IMG/VR virus record: IMGVR_UViG_3300024346_000010
Length of the DNA: 64,000 nucleotides
Reading direction: 5' to 3' (one strand)
DNA from: a virus
Positions 1-9,014 of this stretch are shown one piece after another. A program made the translations under genes and the position numbers. The first letter of the stretch is position 1. Each line of letters opens with the position of its first letter. The notes below the pieces were generated by a model. It did no database searches and was not told the DNA's origin. It saw only the letters and a program-made list of their open reading frames with translations.

Positions 1-2
1 GG

Positions 3-155
3 GAAAGCTCTTATTACGAATACGAGGAAGATCCTTCTAGCATGTTTGGTCTAAAACTTGTTTGGTCAGACGATGAAGGTCGCAAAGCACACCAAGCACG
101 TATGACCAACGGTTTCAAACTGTTTGGAAAATATTACGAAAATTTGTGGGATTAA
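3..155 (+). CDS. 3' end of a conserved hypothetical phage protein (partial)
   Basis: Frame 3 reads ESSYYEYEED...RMTNGFKLFGKYYENLWD*, a C-terminus typical of a T4-like phage hypothetical family; the start lies outside the window. Confidence 0.6.
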   Translation, partial: ESSYYEYEEDPSSMFGLKLVWSDDEGRKAHQARMTNGFKLFGKYYENLWD

Positions 156-168
156 CCGCATTTTTTTG

Positions 169-197
169 TTTACAGTCTCCTTATGATATGATAGAAC
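169..197 (+). promoter_or_regulatory. early (sigma70-type) promoter
   Basis: TTTACA-N17-TAGAAC with TGn extension, followed by RBS AAGGAG and ATG at 222. Confidence 0.5.
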
Positions 198-221
198 TTA
201 TATAACATAAGGAGATACACT

Positions 222-425
222 ATGATTATTGTTAATGACCTTCAAGATGCCACAATGATGAAGGACAAACTGTCTAGAATTATTCGTAATTCCGTTAACT
301 GCGATAAATCTAGCAAAGACATCCTTGTCGAGCTCATGTTTCTTGTTGAAGATCTTAGCGAAAACATTGATCGCATTGATCGTATGAATTCTAAAATTCT
401 TGTGGAGAGCTCACGTGAAATTTAA
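222..425 (+). CDS. hypothetical early protein
   Basis: 67-aa ORF with strong RBS (AAGGAGATACAC-T-ATG). Confidence 0.7.
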   Translation: MIIVNDLQDATMMKDKLSRIIRNSVNCDKSSKDILVELMFLVEDLSENIDRIDRMNSKILVESSREI

Positions 426-897
426 TGTAAAAGATTTGGATCTAGATCAGCTTGAAAAGGATACCATCCTTGAAGCCCAAGAGATATGGAATCCTGAAGG
501 TGATCGAACATATCAGAATGTATATGATATGGTTTCTATCGGTAAGCCAGCTGAAAACTTTTTGAAAGAAAAGGCAAAGTTTACAAACGATATTCGTAAA
601 TGGCACGATCTGGTATCTCCGTGTGGGCATACAGTAGAAGTCAAAGTACGCAATCCAATGAAGATTGCCGCTACTTTGTCTGAGTTGTCTATGCTAAGAG
701 CTGATCCAAGACGTTATCTACAATCCGATTGGGTATTTATTTTTACGATGGAAGGTCGAGAGACATATAATCTTCATGGCACATACAAATGGAATGATGG
801 CATGGGCGAATACATGTCAGAAACATTTGACTGGAAGTCTGAATACGAGGTCTGGTCTTCTTTGAATGCTGACCGTGAATTTTTGATAAACTACTAA
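415..897 (+). CDS. hypothetical protein, possible PD-(D/E)xK nuclease fold
   Basis: Probable GTG start at 415 after GGAG; pattern GKPAE...HDL...VEVK resembles restriction-like nuclease motifs. Confidence 0.5.
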   Translation: MKFNVKDLDLDQLEKDTILEAQEIWNPEGDRTYQNVYDMVSIGKPAENFLKEKAKFTNDIRKWHDLVSPCGHTVEVKVRNPMKIAATLSELSMLRADPRRYLQSDWVFIFTMEGRETYNLHGTYKWNDGMGEYMSETFDWKSEYEVWSSLNADREFLINY

Positions 898-904
898 TAC
901 ACTG

Positions 905-933
905 TGTACAATACAATCCACATGATCTATTCT
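905..933 (+). promoter_or_regulatory. early promoter
   Basis: TGTACA-N17-TATTCT upstream of RBS GGAGATAC and ATG at 962. Confidence 0.55.
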
Positions 934-961
934 GATCGTATACATAATGGAGATACTTGAT

Positions 962-1243
962 ATGAAAATCGCAACAACACAATCCGAACGTCTGGCTCTA
1001 ATCAAAGAGATTGCACAGCGTAAAAAGCTTATGTCAAAAATCAAATCAGAGTCGAATTTGGTTATCGGTAAAGCGAAGGCATCATCTAAACCTGCTCGTA
1101 CTTTCATGGATGTTCCAGAAGATGCTTCAAAAAACCCAAATTATTATACCGACTCAAGCAAATATGCTGCGCAATACTACGGCGAAACATTCCATGAAAC
1201 CACAAAGTTTGATAGCCACTTTGCGAATGGTGATTGGGACTAA
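962..1243 (+). CDS. hypothetical early protein
   Basis: ORF with RBS GGAG; start refined to 962. Confidence 0.7.
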   Translation: MKIATTQSERLALIKEIAQRKKLMSKIKSESNLVIGKAKASSKPARTFMDVPEDASKNPNYYTDSSKYAAQYYGETFHETTKFDSHFANGDWD

Positions 1244-1524
1244 TGCTTGATAAGCAAGTTGCGAATGTCATTAAAGATAATATGAATATGATGGTGCCTT
1301 TTTATCTTATGGCTTCATACGCGTATTATGTTGACGATGATCCTATTTTAACCGATGGGTTTTATGACAATCTTGCCAAGATCATTTATAAAGAATGGGA
1401 TAATATTACGCATCGGCATAGAGATGTGATAGATAAAGATGCGCTGAAAGCAGGAAGCTTTTTGGGAAAATATCCAAGCATCATTGAAGGTGCATTAAAA
1501 AGTTTTCGCGATAACACAAAATAA
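1243..1524 (+). CDS. stand-alone NAD+-dependent DNA ligase domain Ia-like protein
   Basis: Motif AYYVDDDPILTDGFYDNL matches LigA domain Ia (YYxxDxPxxxDxxYD); no adenylation domain follows. Confidence 0.7.
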   Translation: MLDKQVANVIKDNMNMMVPFYLMASYAYYVDDDPILTDGFYDNLAKIIYKEWDNITHRHRDVIDKDALKAGSFLGKYPSIIEGALKSFRDNTK

Positions 1525-1527
1525 ATG

Positions 1528-1556
1528 TGTACAAATGCTATCAAATATGATAGGTT
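1528..1556 (+). promoter_or_regulatory. early promoter
   Basis: TGTACA-N17-TAGGTT with TGn extension. Confidence 0.5.
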
Positions 1557-1588
1557 ACTACACACAATATATGATAAAGGACTATAAT

Positions 1589-1936
1589 ATGAAGAACTTG
1601 AATTCAGCAAAGGAACTAGACGCAATGGCACAGGATACAAATATCCCAGAATCTGTGGAAGAACTGGAATTGCTTGCCTCCAATATTCGTAGCCAAATTC
1701 GAATTAAAATGATCGAAGAGCTACAAACCGGAACGCGAGTTGTGACATTCACAAAGGTGAATGGCGAACAACGTGAAATGACATGCACATTGGACCCGAA
1801 TCTTATTCCAGATCCAATTGAGACCAAAGCCAACAAATCACCTAAGGCTGTAAATGAGGAAGTTCTTCCTGTATGGGATACAACAGCACAAGGCTGGCGC
1901 GCCTTTCGCATCGATAATGTGACTTCTTTCACATGA
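1589..1936 (+). CDS. WYL-like/SH3 beta-barrel protein common in T4-like phages
   Basis: VTFTKVNGEQREMTCTL...VWDTTAQGWRAFRIDNV signature. Confidence 0.75.
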   Translation: MKNLNSAKELDAMAQDTNIPESVEELELLASNIRSQIRIKMIEELQTGTRVVTFTKVNGEQREMTCTLDPNLIPDPIETKANKSPKAVNEEVLPVWDTTAQGWRAFRIDNVTSFT

Positions 1937-2052
1937 ATTGGTTCACATATATCAAGTATATGATCATCTTACGGTGGAATACATTGTTTCGCCGTAAGAG
2001 TGAAAAGGGCCATCTATACATTTACGAGCAAAACGTGGACGACGACAAATAG
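1933..2052 (+). CDS. small hypothetical protein (39 aa)
   Basis: ATGA overlap with upstream stop; fills the gap; MNWFTYIKYMIILRWNTLFRRK... Confidence 0.45.
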   Translation: MNWFTYIKYMIILRWNTLFRRKSEKGHLYIYEQNVDDDK

Positions 2053-2061
2053 GAAATTAAA

Positions 2062-2295
2062 ATGGATCCATTTACAGTTACACTATTGACTATCGCTGGA
2101 TGCTCTATTGCATCGTTTATGATTGGTTATAATCTAAACAGAATCCACAAAGATGAAGTCATTAATAATACTATAACCTACCTGTGTGATAATGGGTTTA
2201 TTAAACATTATGTCACGGAAAACAATGAGATTGAACTTGTTGAGTTGAATAAGGAAATGCCATATGGTAGCCAAGACCCTAAAGAAGAAGATTAA
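2062..2295 (+). CDS. hypothetical membrane protein
   Basis: N-terminal hydrophobic helix; RBS AGGA. Confidence 0.6.
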   Translation: MDPFTVTLLTIAGCSIASFMIGYNLNRIHKDEVINNTITYLCDNGFIKHYVTENNEIELVELNKEMPYGSQDPKEED

Positions 2296-3388
2296 GACTC
2301 TTCCGCGTAAAATCAAAACAGGTCTGGCTGCAGCTCCTACAGATGATTTCCGTTGGTTCTATGACTATATCCGTATGGAAGTAGACAAGAAAGATCTTGC
2401 TTTAATTATTAAAAGCTATATCAAAAAGCATTTTAAAGGTGCCGAGCAAAAGCTTTTGCTGTCTGCGCCTGAATGGTGTTATACAGCTGAACCCGGAGTT
2501 GCAGCATCAATTCATTGGCAAGCGCTGGGACATGAATTTCCAGTTAAATGGGATGGTGTCAAGAAGGTTCAGTCGTATATTGATCGAATCAAATCTAGGG
2601 CATTGGATAATGTGAAAGAGGATGATGCTGCTTCTGTGGTAACTCGACGTTCTCCAATGGAATTGGTTAAAGAAAAGAACTCTGAATTTATTTCTGAGAT
2701 TGAAGTCACGATTGATATGTTCGGCACTGAGGTGTTTAATGATTGGGATAATTATTCCGTCTACAATGAAATGATTAAGGCTAACCTCAGCGCTATCGGT
2801 GGTAAAGCTGTAATTGATTTCTATACCCCTTTGAAAGAAGAGCTTGAAGAGCTGGTGGAAAAGAAAACTCCAGATTTGGTTGAAGGCTATTCTCATATGA
2901 GTAAACCACAGCAGAAGAAATATCTTAAACTCATCTCGTCTATTATTGATGATGCAAACCGATATTGTGCAAGTAAGAAAGCTACTCGTAAGCCGGCAAA
3001 ACCTCGTGTCAAATCAGCAGATAAACAAGTAGCAAAGTTGAATTTCGCACCAGAGTCTTCTGAGTTTAAGATTACATCTATTAATCCGTCAAATATTATT
3101 GGCGCAAGAAGGCTGTATACATTCAACGTAAAATATCGTATAATTACTGAATATGTGTGTGAACGTTCAAATGGTTTTGAAGTGCGTGGATCTACTGTGT
3201 ATGGCATCGATGCCGCTGCAAGTAGAGCTGTTAAGCTTCGCAAACCTGAAGAGTCGTTGACCACATTCCTGACCAAAACTCCTACAGCAATTAATAAGTT
3301 TTGGTCAACTCTCACCACAAAGACTATTGACGACGTGAATGGTCGCATTAATAAGGACACTATCATCTTAAGGGCACTTGATAAATGA
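2264..3388 (+). CDS. conserved hypothetical T4-like phage protein
   Basis: 374-aa ORF with RBS; C-terminal SINPSNIIGA...LRKPE...NGRIN motifs; lies directly upstream of gp33. Confidence 0.75.
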   Translation: MVAKTLKKKIKTLPRKIKTGLAAAPTDDFRWFYDYIRMEVDKKDLALIIKSYIKKHFKGAEQKLLLSAPEWCYTAEPGVAASIHWQALGHEFPVKWDGVKKVQSYIDRIKSRALDNVKEDDAASVVTRRSPMELVKEKNSEFISEIEVTIDMFGTEVFNDWDNYSVYNEMIKANLSAIGGKAVIDFYTPLKEELEELVEKKTPDLVEGYSHMSKPQQKKYLKLISSIIDDANRYCASKKATRKPAKPRVKSADKQVAKLNFAPESSEFKITSINPSNIIGARRLYTFNVKYRIITEYVCERSNGFEVRGSTVYGIDAAASRAVKLRKPEESLTTFLTKTPTAINKFWSTLTTKTIDDVNGRINKDTIILRALDK

Positions 3389-3609
3389 GTCAATTCTTAA
3401 CAAAGAGCGAGTTCACAAAACTCGTTGAGAAAAACGTCCTCACACAAAAGAATTCATATATGGATGTTATTCTGGATCTATGTGAAAAGCACGAAATTGA
3501 TCCAGAGGATGTGAAGAAGTTTCTATCAGCTCCAGTTATTGAAAAGATCGAGGGGGAAGCAATGCTATTAAATCTTATTCCTCGTGGAAATCAATTGGAT
3601 TTTGATTAA
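3385..3609 (+). CDS. gp33: late transcription coactivator gp33
   Basis: SYMDVILDLCEKHEIDPE...KIEGEAMLLNL; position before gp32. Confidence 0.85.
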   Translation: MSQFLTKSEFTKLVEKNVLTQKNSYMDVILDLCEKHEIDPEDVKKFLSAPVIEKIEGEAMLLNLIPRGNQLDFD

Positions 3610-3691
3610 AAATTGCATATATAGTATGTTCGAAAGAACAAATATATGTTAAAATAATACAGTTATACTACAGCAAATATAAGGAAAATAT

Positions 3692-4615
3692 ATGTCTTTT
3701 GCAAATCTAAAACGTAACCGTGGTTCAATCGATAAACTTGTGGCAGCAGCGGAAGCTACAAGCAGTGGAGGTGGTAACAAATCGTTCAAAGATGAACGTA
3801 TGTGGAAACCAACACAAGATAAAGCCGGCAATGGTTACGCAGTAATCCGTTTCCTCCCAGCACCAGAAGGACAAGATGTTCCATGGGTACAATATTGGGA
3901 TCACGGATTTAAAGGCCCAACAGGTAAATGGTATATCGAAAAGTCGCTGACCACAGTCGGTCAAGACGATCCTGTCGGTGAAATGAATAGCAAGCTTTGG
4001 AATGCTACAGAAGATCCAAACTCATGGCAGCGTAAACAGGCACGTGAACAAAAGCGTCGTCTTCATTACGTATCAAATGTGTTGGTTGTTTCTGACCCAT
4101 CCAATCCTGAGAATGAAGGTAAAGTCTTCATGTATCAGTTTGGTTCAAAGATCTATAACAAGATTATGGATGCAATGCAACCTCAGTTTGCTGATGAAGA
4201 ACCAGTTAACCCATTCGACTTCTGGGGTGGAGCTAACTTTAAAATCAAAATCCGTAAAGTAGAAGGCTGGACCAACTACGATAAATCTGAATTTGATGCA
4301 CCTTCTGAATTGTCAAGCGATGATGCATACCTTGAAGGCATTTATAACTCACTTCATCCAATTCAAGAGTTTGTTGATCCATCAACATTTAAATCATATG
4401 CTGAATTGAAAACTAAGCTTGATAGCGTATTGGGAACTCAGTCTGAAATGTCGATGGCACAACAGTCGCAGATGAACCAAGAAGCACCTGCGCCAATGCC
4501 ACGTGAGCAAGCTCCTTCATATCCACAATCTATTGAGGAAACAGCATCAGCACCTGCTGACGAAGAGGAAGAAGTTGATACAATGTCATACTTTGCTAAA
4601 TTGGCAGCTTCATAA
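3692..4615 (+). CDS. gp32: single-stranded DNA-binding protein gp32
   Basis: DERMWKPTQDKAGNGYAVIRFLP, NPFDFWGGANFKIKI, acidic tail ending SYFAKLA. Confidence 0.97.
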   Translation: MSFANLKRNRGSIDKLVAAAEATSSGGGNKSFKDERMWKPTQDKAGNGYAVIRFLPAPEGQDVPWVQYWDHGFKGPTGKWYIEKSLTTVGQDDPVGEMNSKLWNATEDPNSWQRKQAREQKRRLHYVSNVLVVSDPSNPENEGKVFMYQFGSKIYNKIMDAMQPQFADEEPVNPFDFWGGANFKIKIRKVEGWTNYDKSEFDAPSELSSDDAYLEGIYNSLHPIQEFVDPSTFKSYAELKTKLDSVLGTQSEMSMAQQSQMNQEAPAPMPREQAPSYPQSIEETASAPADEEEEVDTMSYFAKLAAS

Positions 4616-4645
4616 GTTTACATGTAACCACGTTACAATGTGATG

Positions 4646-4679
4646 AAAAGCCGGTAGTCCTAGTGATTGCCGGCTTTTT
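4646..4679 (+). terminator. rho-independent terminator between convergent gp32 and tape measure genes
   Basis: AAAAGCCGGTAGTC-CTAGT-GATTGCCGGCTTTTT; stem with G-U pairs on the plus strand, A/T tracts on both sides. Confidence 0.8.
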
Positions 4680-6900
4680 AACGAGGACCACTAACTCCAA
4701 GGGCAAGACCCCCATCAAGTAAATCTACAGTAGCACCTCTTGGCATAACAATACCGGAGTTATTTGTTACTGTCGTACTATTATCGTTCATAGAGACGTT
4801 TCCGCCAGCCATTCTATTAATTCCGTCACGGATATCTTTTAGATGCCTTAACATTTCATCTTGTTGCATAAGCTCTGATGTTGATTCTGTTAATGTTCCG
4901 CCTGATCTTTTAACACCAGATTCTCCATTAACACCAAGTGCTATTCTTAATTTATTAACACCTTCTGATACCATTTCGATATTTTCTGGTTTAATATTCT
5001 TAAGCCCACCACCAAAATCAATCTTATCTTTACCAAAGGCTTTCCAACCTCTCGGATCAAATGGTTCAGGATTATCGCCAGTCAGGTGTGGCCACATCGA
5101 AAGAACACCACCTAGGTCCTTTACCATTTTTGATAAATTGGATGATGCTTTTTCGCCACTCAGATTTGATAAGTTTTGAAATGCCATAGCAAAGTCATTA
5201 ATTGCATCACCAAACGATCCCATTTTTTCAATGAGAGATTGATCAACAGTTTTTATCGGCTCGAGTGCTCTGATAATTTGAGAGATTGCACCTTTGTCTT
5301 CACCTTCGCCGAAGTTGGTTCCAAATATGAAATTTACAGCGCCTTGGATTGCGGCCTTTGCATTTGAGTAGATATTACCAATCTCACCCAAACCCTTTGC
5401 ACCGAAGAATGCTGCCATACCTTTACCGAGGCTATATAGTCCACCGCCAATTTTCTTATTGCTAATTTCAACAAGACGACCAATTGCATCTGGTGTGATT
5501 GCTAAGATTGAATCATTAAACATGCGCATAACGGATACAAATCCGTCACCACCAGTTGGTAGCTTATTAATTACATCAACAATCTTACCGCCCGCGGCAA
5601 GACCGATAAACAAACCAGAGATACCAGCACCAACGCCGGTCATAATTGCAGCAATACCAAGCGCGCCTCTGACGCCAAGCGCACCACCAGCCAATAGACC
5701 AGCAGCCGTTGACACACCAACAATAACAGCAAGAGCTTTTACAGATTTTTCATCTAAAACTCCCATAGAATCATTGAACATACTAAATGCAGATTTTAAA
5801 CCACTACCATCAGCACCCGCAGTCTTTTGAAGCCATGTTATTCCTGCATCACCAGCAGCAAGACCTGTCATAAATCCAGCGATACCAGCGCCGATGCCTG
5901 TCATATTAGCTGCAATATTAGCTGCGGATTTTGGACCTTTACCTACAACAGCCAATCCAGTAGCAGCGCCTAAAATTCCAACCAATGCAGTTGCCGCAGC
6001 TGGTGTGAGCGCTCCAATTGAATCAGAGAAGCCAGTTAATATAGACTTCATTCCACCAAAGTCCATACTCATACCTAAAGCGGAAGCCCCTTCGATAAGT
6101 TGATCGCCTAGAAGTAAACCGCCTAGGAAGGCAGTGATACCAATACCCATAGCACCTAACGCTATAGCAGCTGATTTGCCGTCACCTTTAATTCCAGCCA
6201 GAGCGCTTATTCCCATAAGCGCGCCCATTACGGTTATAGCTTCTGGTTTCATTGACATAATCATGCCAGAGAATCCACCTAATGCAGATTTCATACCATC
6301 AAAATTTAGATCACCACCAAGAGCTTTTACGCCGCTAAAGACTAGATCACCAGCTAATAAACCACCGAGGAATGCGCTAATAGCAAATCCCATTGCGCCA
6401 AGACCTTTAGCTGCCTTTGTACCACCAACGGCAGAGATACCCATCATACCACCAAGAACCACTAATGCTTTTGGATCCATTTCAAGAATAATATTAGTAA
6501 AACCAATTGCAGCCTCTTTGAGTTTGCCGAAATCCATACTAACATCTAACCACTTCATTGCAGCATCACCAGCGATGAGACCACCAAAGAAAGCAGGAAG
6601 TGCTAGCCCTAATCCAGCAATCCCCGCCGCTCCGCCAAGCATTTTTCCACCAAGGCCACCTAACATACCACCTAATAAACCGCCAGAATTACCACCTGCT
6701 GCTGACGGCGCAGCAGATCTTATATTGCCCGCGGAAGCTCCAGAACCTTTATTATTTAAAAACTTTAATCGGGCCTTTTCATCTCGTTCAGCAGATGCAG
6801 TAATTTTATCGGCAATGCTTTGCATAACCGATTTAGTTTCTCGCTGCTCATCAACCATACTAATTAATGTATTGTTGATCTCTGTTAGGGTAATAGCCAT
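4678..6900 (-). CDS. putative tail tape measure protein (gp29 analogue)
   Basis: 740 aa, Gly/Ala/hydrophobic-rich with about five ~80-aa repeats (AF[F/L]GGL[I/L]AGD); directly downstream of gp26/gp51. Confidence 0.7.
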   Translation of the reverse strand: MAITLTEINNTLISMVDEQRETKSVMQSIADKITASAERDEKARLKFLNNKGSGASAGNIRSAAPSAAGGNSGGLLGGMLGGLGGKMLGGAAGIAGLGLALPAFFGGLIAGDAAMKWLDVSMDFGKLKEAAIGFTNIILEMDPKALVVLGGMMGISAVGGTKAAKGLGAMGFAISAFLGGLLAGDLVFSGVKALGGDLNFDGMKSALGGFSGMIMSMKPEAITVMGALMGISALAGIKGDGKSAAIALGAMGIGITAFLGGLLLGDQLIEGASALGMSMDFGGMKSILTGFSDSIGALTPAAATALVGILGAATGLAVVGKGPKSAANIAANMTGIGAGIAGFMTGLAAGDAGITWLQKTAGADGSGLKSAFSMFNDSMGVLDEKSVKALAVIVGVSTAAGLLAGGALGVRGALGIAAIMTGVGAGISGLFIGLAAGGKIVDVINKLPTGGDGFVSVMRMFNDSILAITPDAIGRLVEISNKKIGGGLYSLGKGMAAFFGAKGLGEIGNIYSNAKAAIQGAVNFIFGTNFGEGEDKGAISQIIRALEPIKTVDQSLIEKMGSFGDAINDFAMAFQNLSNLSGEKASSNLSKMVKDLGGVLSMWPHLTGDNPEPFDPRGWKAFGKDKIDFGGGLKNIKPENIEMVSEGVNKLRIALGVNGESGVKRSGGTLTESTSELMQQDEMLRHLKDIRDGINRMAGGNVSMNDNSTTVTNNSGIVMPRGATVDLLDGGLALGVSGPR

Positions 6901-6903
6901 GCG

Positions 6904-7056
6904 TTATCCTTGTTGCATCTGCTGTTTCTGTAGTTTCATATCCTCAATTAACATAGCAAGGTAGATTTCCCTCTCCCACGGAATCATCATATCCAGATCA
7001 CTTAAAGAATAATGATGTTTTTCCATTAACTGGTAGTTGGACTGGTAATAATTCAT
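6904..7056 (-). CDS. gp51: baseplate hub assembly chaperone gp51-like (50 aa; frame open to 7083)
   Basis: Not in the ORF track; reads MNYYQSNYQLMEKHHYSLSDLDMMIPWEREIYLAML..., the short gp51 signature (HxYSLxxLxxMIPWEREIY). Confidence 0.8.
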   Translation of the reverse strand: MNYYQSNYQLMEKHHYSLSDLDMMIPWEREIYLAMLIEDMKLQKQQMQQG

Positions 7057-7079
7057 TAGGGTCTCATGAGAAAGGTTTA

Positions 7080-7790
7080 TTAAAAAAAATCTTGAATTCC
7101 TTGTAGTGTGTAATTATTTTCATGCTTACACTTTTCACATTTAAATTCAACATCCTTTGATAGTTTAGGTAAATCCTCAACAAAGGCCATAATCTTTTTA
7201 AACTGATCACTATTCAAATTATCAATAAACTGTGTTTTTTCTTCATCTGTTTCGTCATCAAACGTAATCGATTCATCTTCAGTAAGAAGTTTATCTAAAC
7301 TTGCCATAGCCAAATCTAAAATAAGACCTGTTGCCGTGACCTTTTCTTCTTTTTGAAGAGATTCTAACATATGATTATATCTTGGGTATCTAAGCTTTAG
7401 TGTATATTTGTCGTTTAAAACAACATCTTCAATCTTATGTACTTCTGGTGCCGGAATCTCTTCTAGATTAACAGATACTTCGTTATCTGCTTTACACTCC
7501 TTACAGGATAGAATAATATTAGCTGATTCACCAGCAGATTTTGATCTAATTTTAGTAAAGATATATTCAACATCAAATGTTGTTAAAGAATTTGGATTAA
7601 TATCTTCTTCTAAACATGATGAAATAGTATCAACCATTGCCTTGAGAATTAACTCTTGGTCTTGTGATTCCATAGCCATCAAAAGGATTTTTTGTTCTTT
7701 CACATAAAATGGTCTATAGAAAACTTCCCTTTTCATAGAGGGAATAGTTACTTTATATTTTGGTGATTCATTAATTTTAGGCAGTGCCAT
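7080..7790 (-). CDS. gp26: baseplate hub assembly protein gp26
   Basis: MALPKI...YRPFYVKEQKILL, FDVEYIFTKIRSKSAGE, two CxxC motifs, ends LQGIQDFF. Confidence 0.9.
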   Translation of the reverse strand: MALPKINESPKYKVTIPSMKREVFYRPFYVKEQKILLMAMESQDQELILKAMVDTISSCLEEDINPNSLTTFDVEYIFTKIRSKSAGESANIILSCKECKADNEVSVNLEEIPAPEVHKIEDVVLNDKYTLKLRYPRYNHMLESLQKEEKVTATGLILDLAMASLDKLLTEDESITFDDETDEEKTQFIDNLNSDQFKKIMAFVEDLPKLSKDVEFKCEKCKHENNYTLQGIQDFF

Positions 7791-7806
7791 AGTGTAAGTG
7801 CTCCAA

Positions 7807-8403
7807 TTATTTAATTCGCTTCCAATTTTGATATGAGAGATCAATGGAAATTTCTACTGTAGTATCGGTTGATGCATCTGCAAGATCAATTCCATTCATA
7901 GTGACTGGAAATGCATTTTCAAGTTCAACGCCATATATGGCATTTGCGGTTGTCGATAGTTCAATATCGACATTAAAATCAAGGCCAAAAAGACTAAAGT
8001 TACGATCAAAAACTTGAAAACTTTGGCCTTTTTTTAACTGATATATGTTCACGTTATACTTATATCTATCAGCATATGAAATCTGTTGTGTTCTTTGGTC
8101 AATAATAAGATTCTGCCAAAGGTCAAAATACTCTTTCGTTTTGTAATCATTTAAAACATGGAAGGATAATCCTATATCACCTACGGCGTATCCATATCCG
8201 ATCTTTTGCTGCATGATACCAATTTGGCGGTCATGTGTAAGAATTTGTCTACCAGGAAGTCTTGCTACCCTACAAAGTGTATTTCTTTCCCGGCCTGTCA
8301 GAGAACTTCCAGGAATAGCGGGTAGCTGAACCAAGTATTGATTAGCTAAGGCTAATCCGCCTCCTGCACTTACGAAAGATTTTAATTCTTCGATACTAGC
8401 CAT
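7807..8403 (-). CDS. gp54: baseplate tail tube initiator gp54-like (tail tube fold)
   Basis: LCRVARLPGRQI, YFDLWQNLI, LENAFPVT motifs; synteny. Confidence 0.7.
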   Translation of the reverse strand: MASIEELKSFVSAGGGLALANQYLVQLPAIPGSSLTGRERNTLCRVARLPGRQILTHDRQIGIMQQKIGYGYAVGDIGLSFHVLNDYKTKEYFDLWQNLIIDQRTQQISYADRYKYNVNIYQLKKGQSFQVFDRNFSLFGLDFNVDIELSTTANAIYGVELENAFPVTMNGIDLADASTDTTVEISIDLSYQNWKRIK

Positions 8404-8986
8404 TCATTATGCTCCTAGAGTCTTTCCAAACTTGGGTCTTGGACGCTTTTTGGAAGTCTGCGGTTGGTAAGAACGTTGCAATTTCCCACTCTGGGGCTTC
8501 AACCAAAGCGAGTCTTGAACGAAGATGTTTTGAGAGATAATGTTTTACACATGGTTTGAAATATTTCATCTTTGCTGCTTTTTGTAGCATTTCATATGAT
8601 AATTCAAACTTAGTAGTCTCATCGTATCTTTTATTATTTGTGATATTCATTAGCTCATCGAGGAATTTTGCTCTTAAGGCTAATGGAAGATAATGTAAGT
8701 TTAAACCTAAGAATCCGCCCTTGGCTGGACCTATCACGATTACAAGTGGAAAAGAGTCATAATATGGTAAGGTATCTTTATGTTTTGGATCATAGAAAAA
8801 CATATACATGTTTCCTACACCATGACGGTTTCTTAACTTGATGGGTTCTTCTTTCATCAAACTATTACGGTCGACTTTGCCCATACCACCGGCTTTTTTA
8901 CGAAACCAGTCACGGGACTCTTTTGTTCGCAAAGTTAGGCCCTTGCGAAATGCTTCAATTTCTAATTTATTAAATAAATTGCTCAT
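8396..8986 (-). CDS. gp2: DNA end protector protein gp2
   Basis: MYMFFYDPKHKDTLPYYDSFPL, GLNLHYLP, KPCVKHYL, WEIATFLPTADF. Confidence 0.92.
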   Translation of the reverse strand: MSNLFNKLEIEAFRKGLTLRTKESRDWFRKKAGGMGKVDRNSLMKEEPIKLRNRHGVGNMYMFFYDPKHKDTLPYYDSFPLVIVIGPAKGGFLGLNLHYLPLALRAKFLDELMNITNNKRYDETTKFELSYEMLQKAAKMKYFKPCVKHYLSKHLRSRLALVEAPEWEIATFLPTADFQKASKTQVWKDSRSIMNG

Positions 8987-9014
8987 GTATAATACCTGTT
9001 GTTCATAAGCATAT

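Noticed and set aside
5176-6964. Plus-strand ORFs (e.g. 276 aa at 6134-6964) rich in Pro/Ala/Ile
   Set aside because: Antisense shadows of the Gly/Ala-rich tape measure gene; no RBS or recognisable motifs
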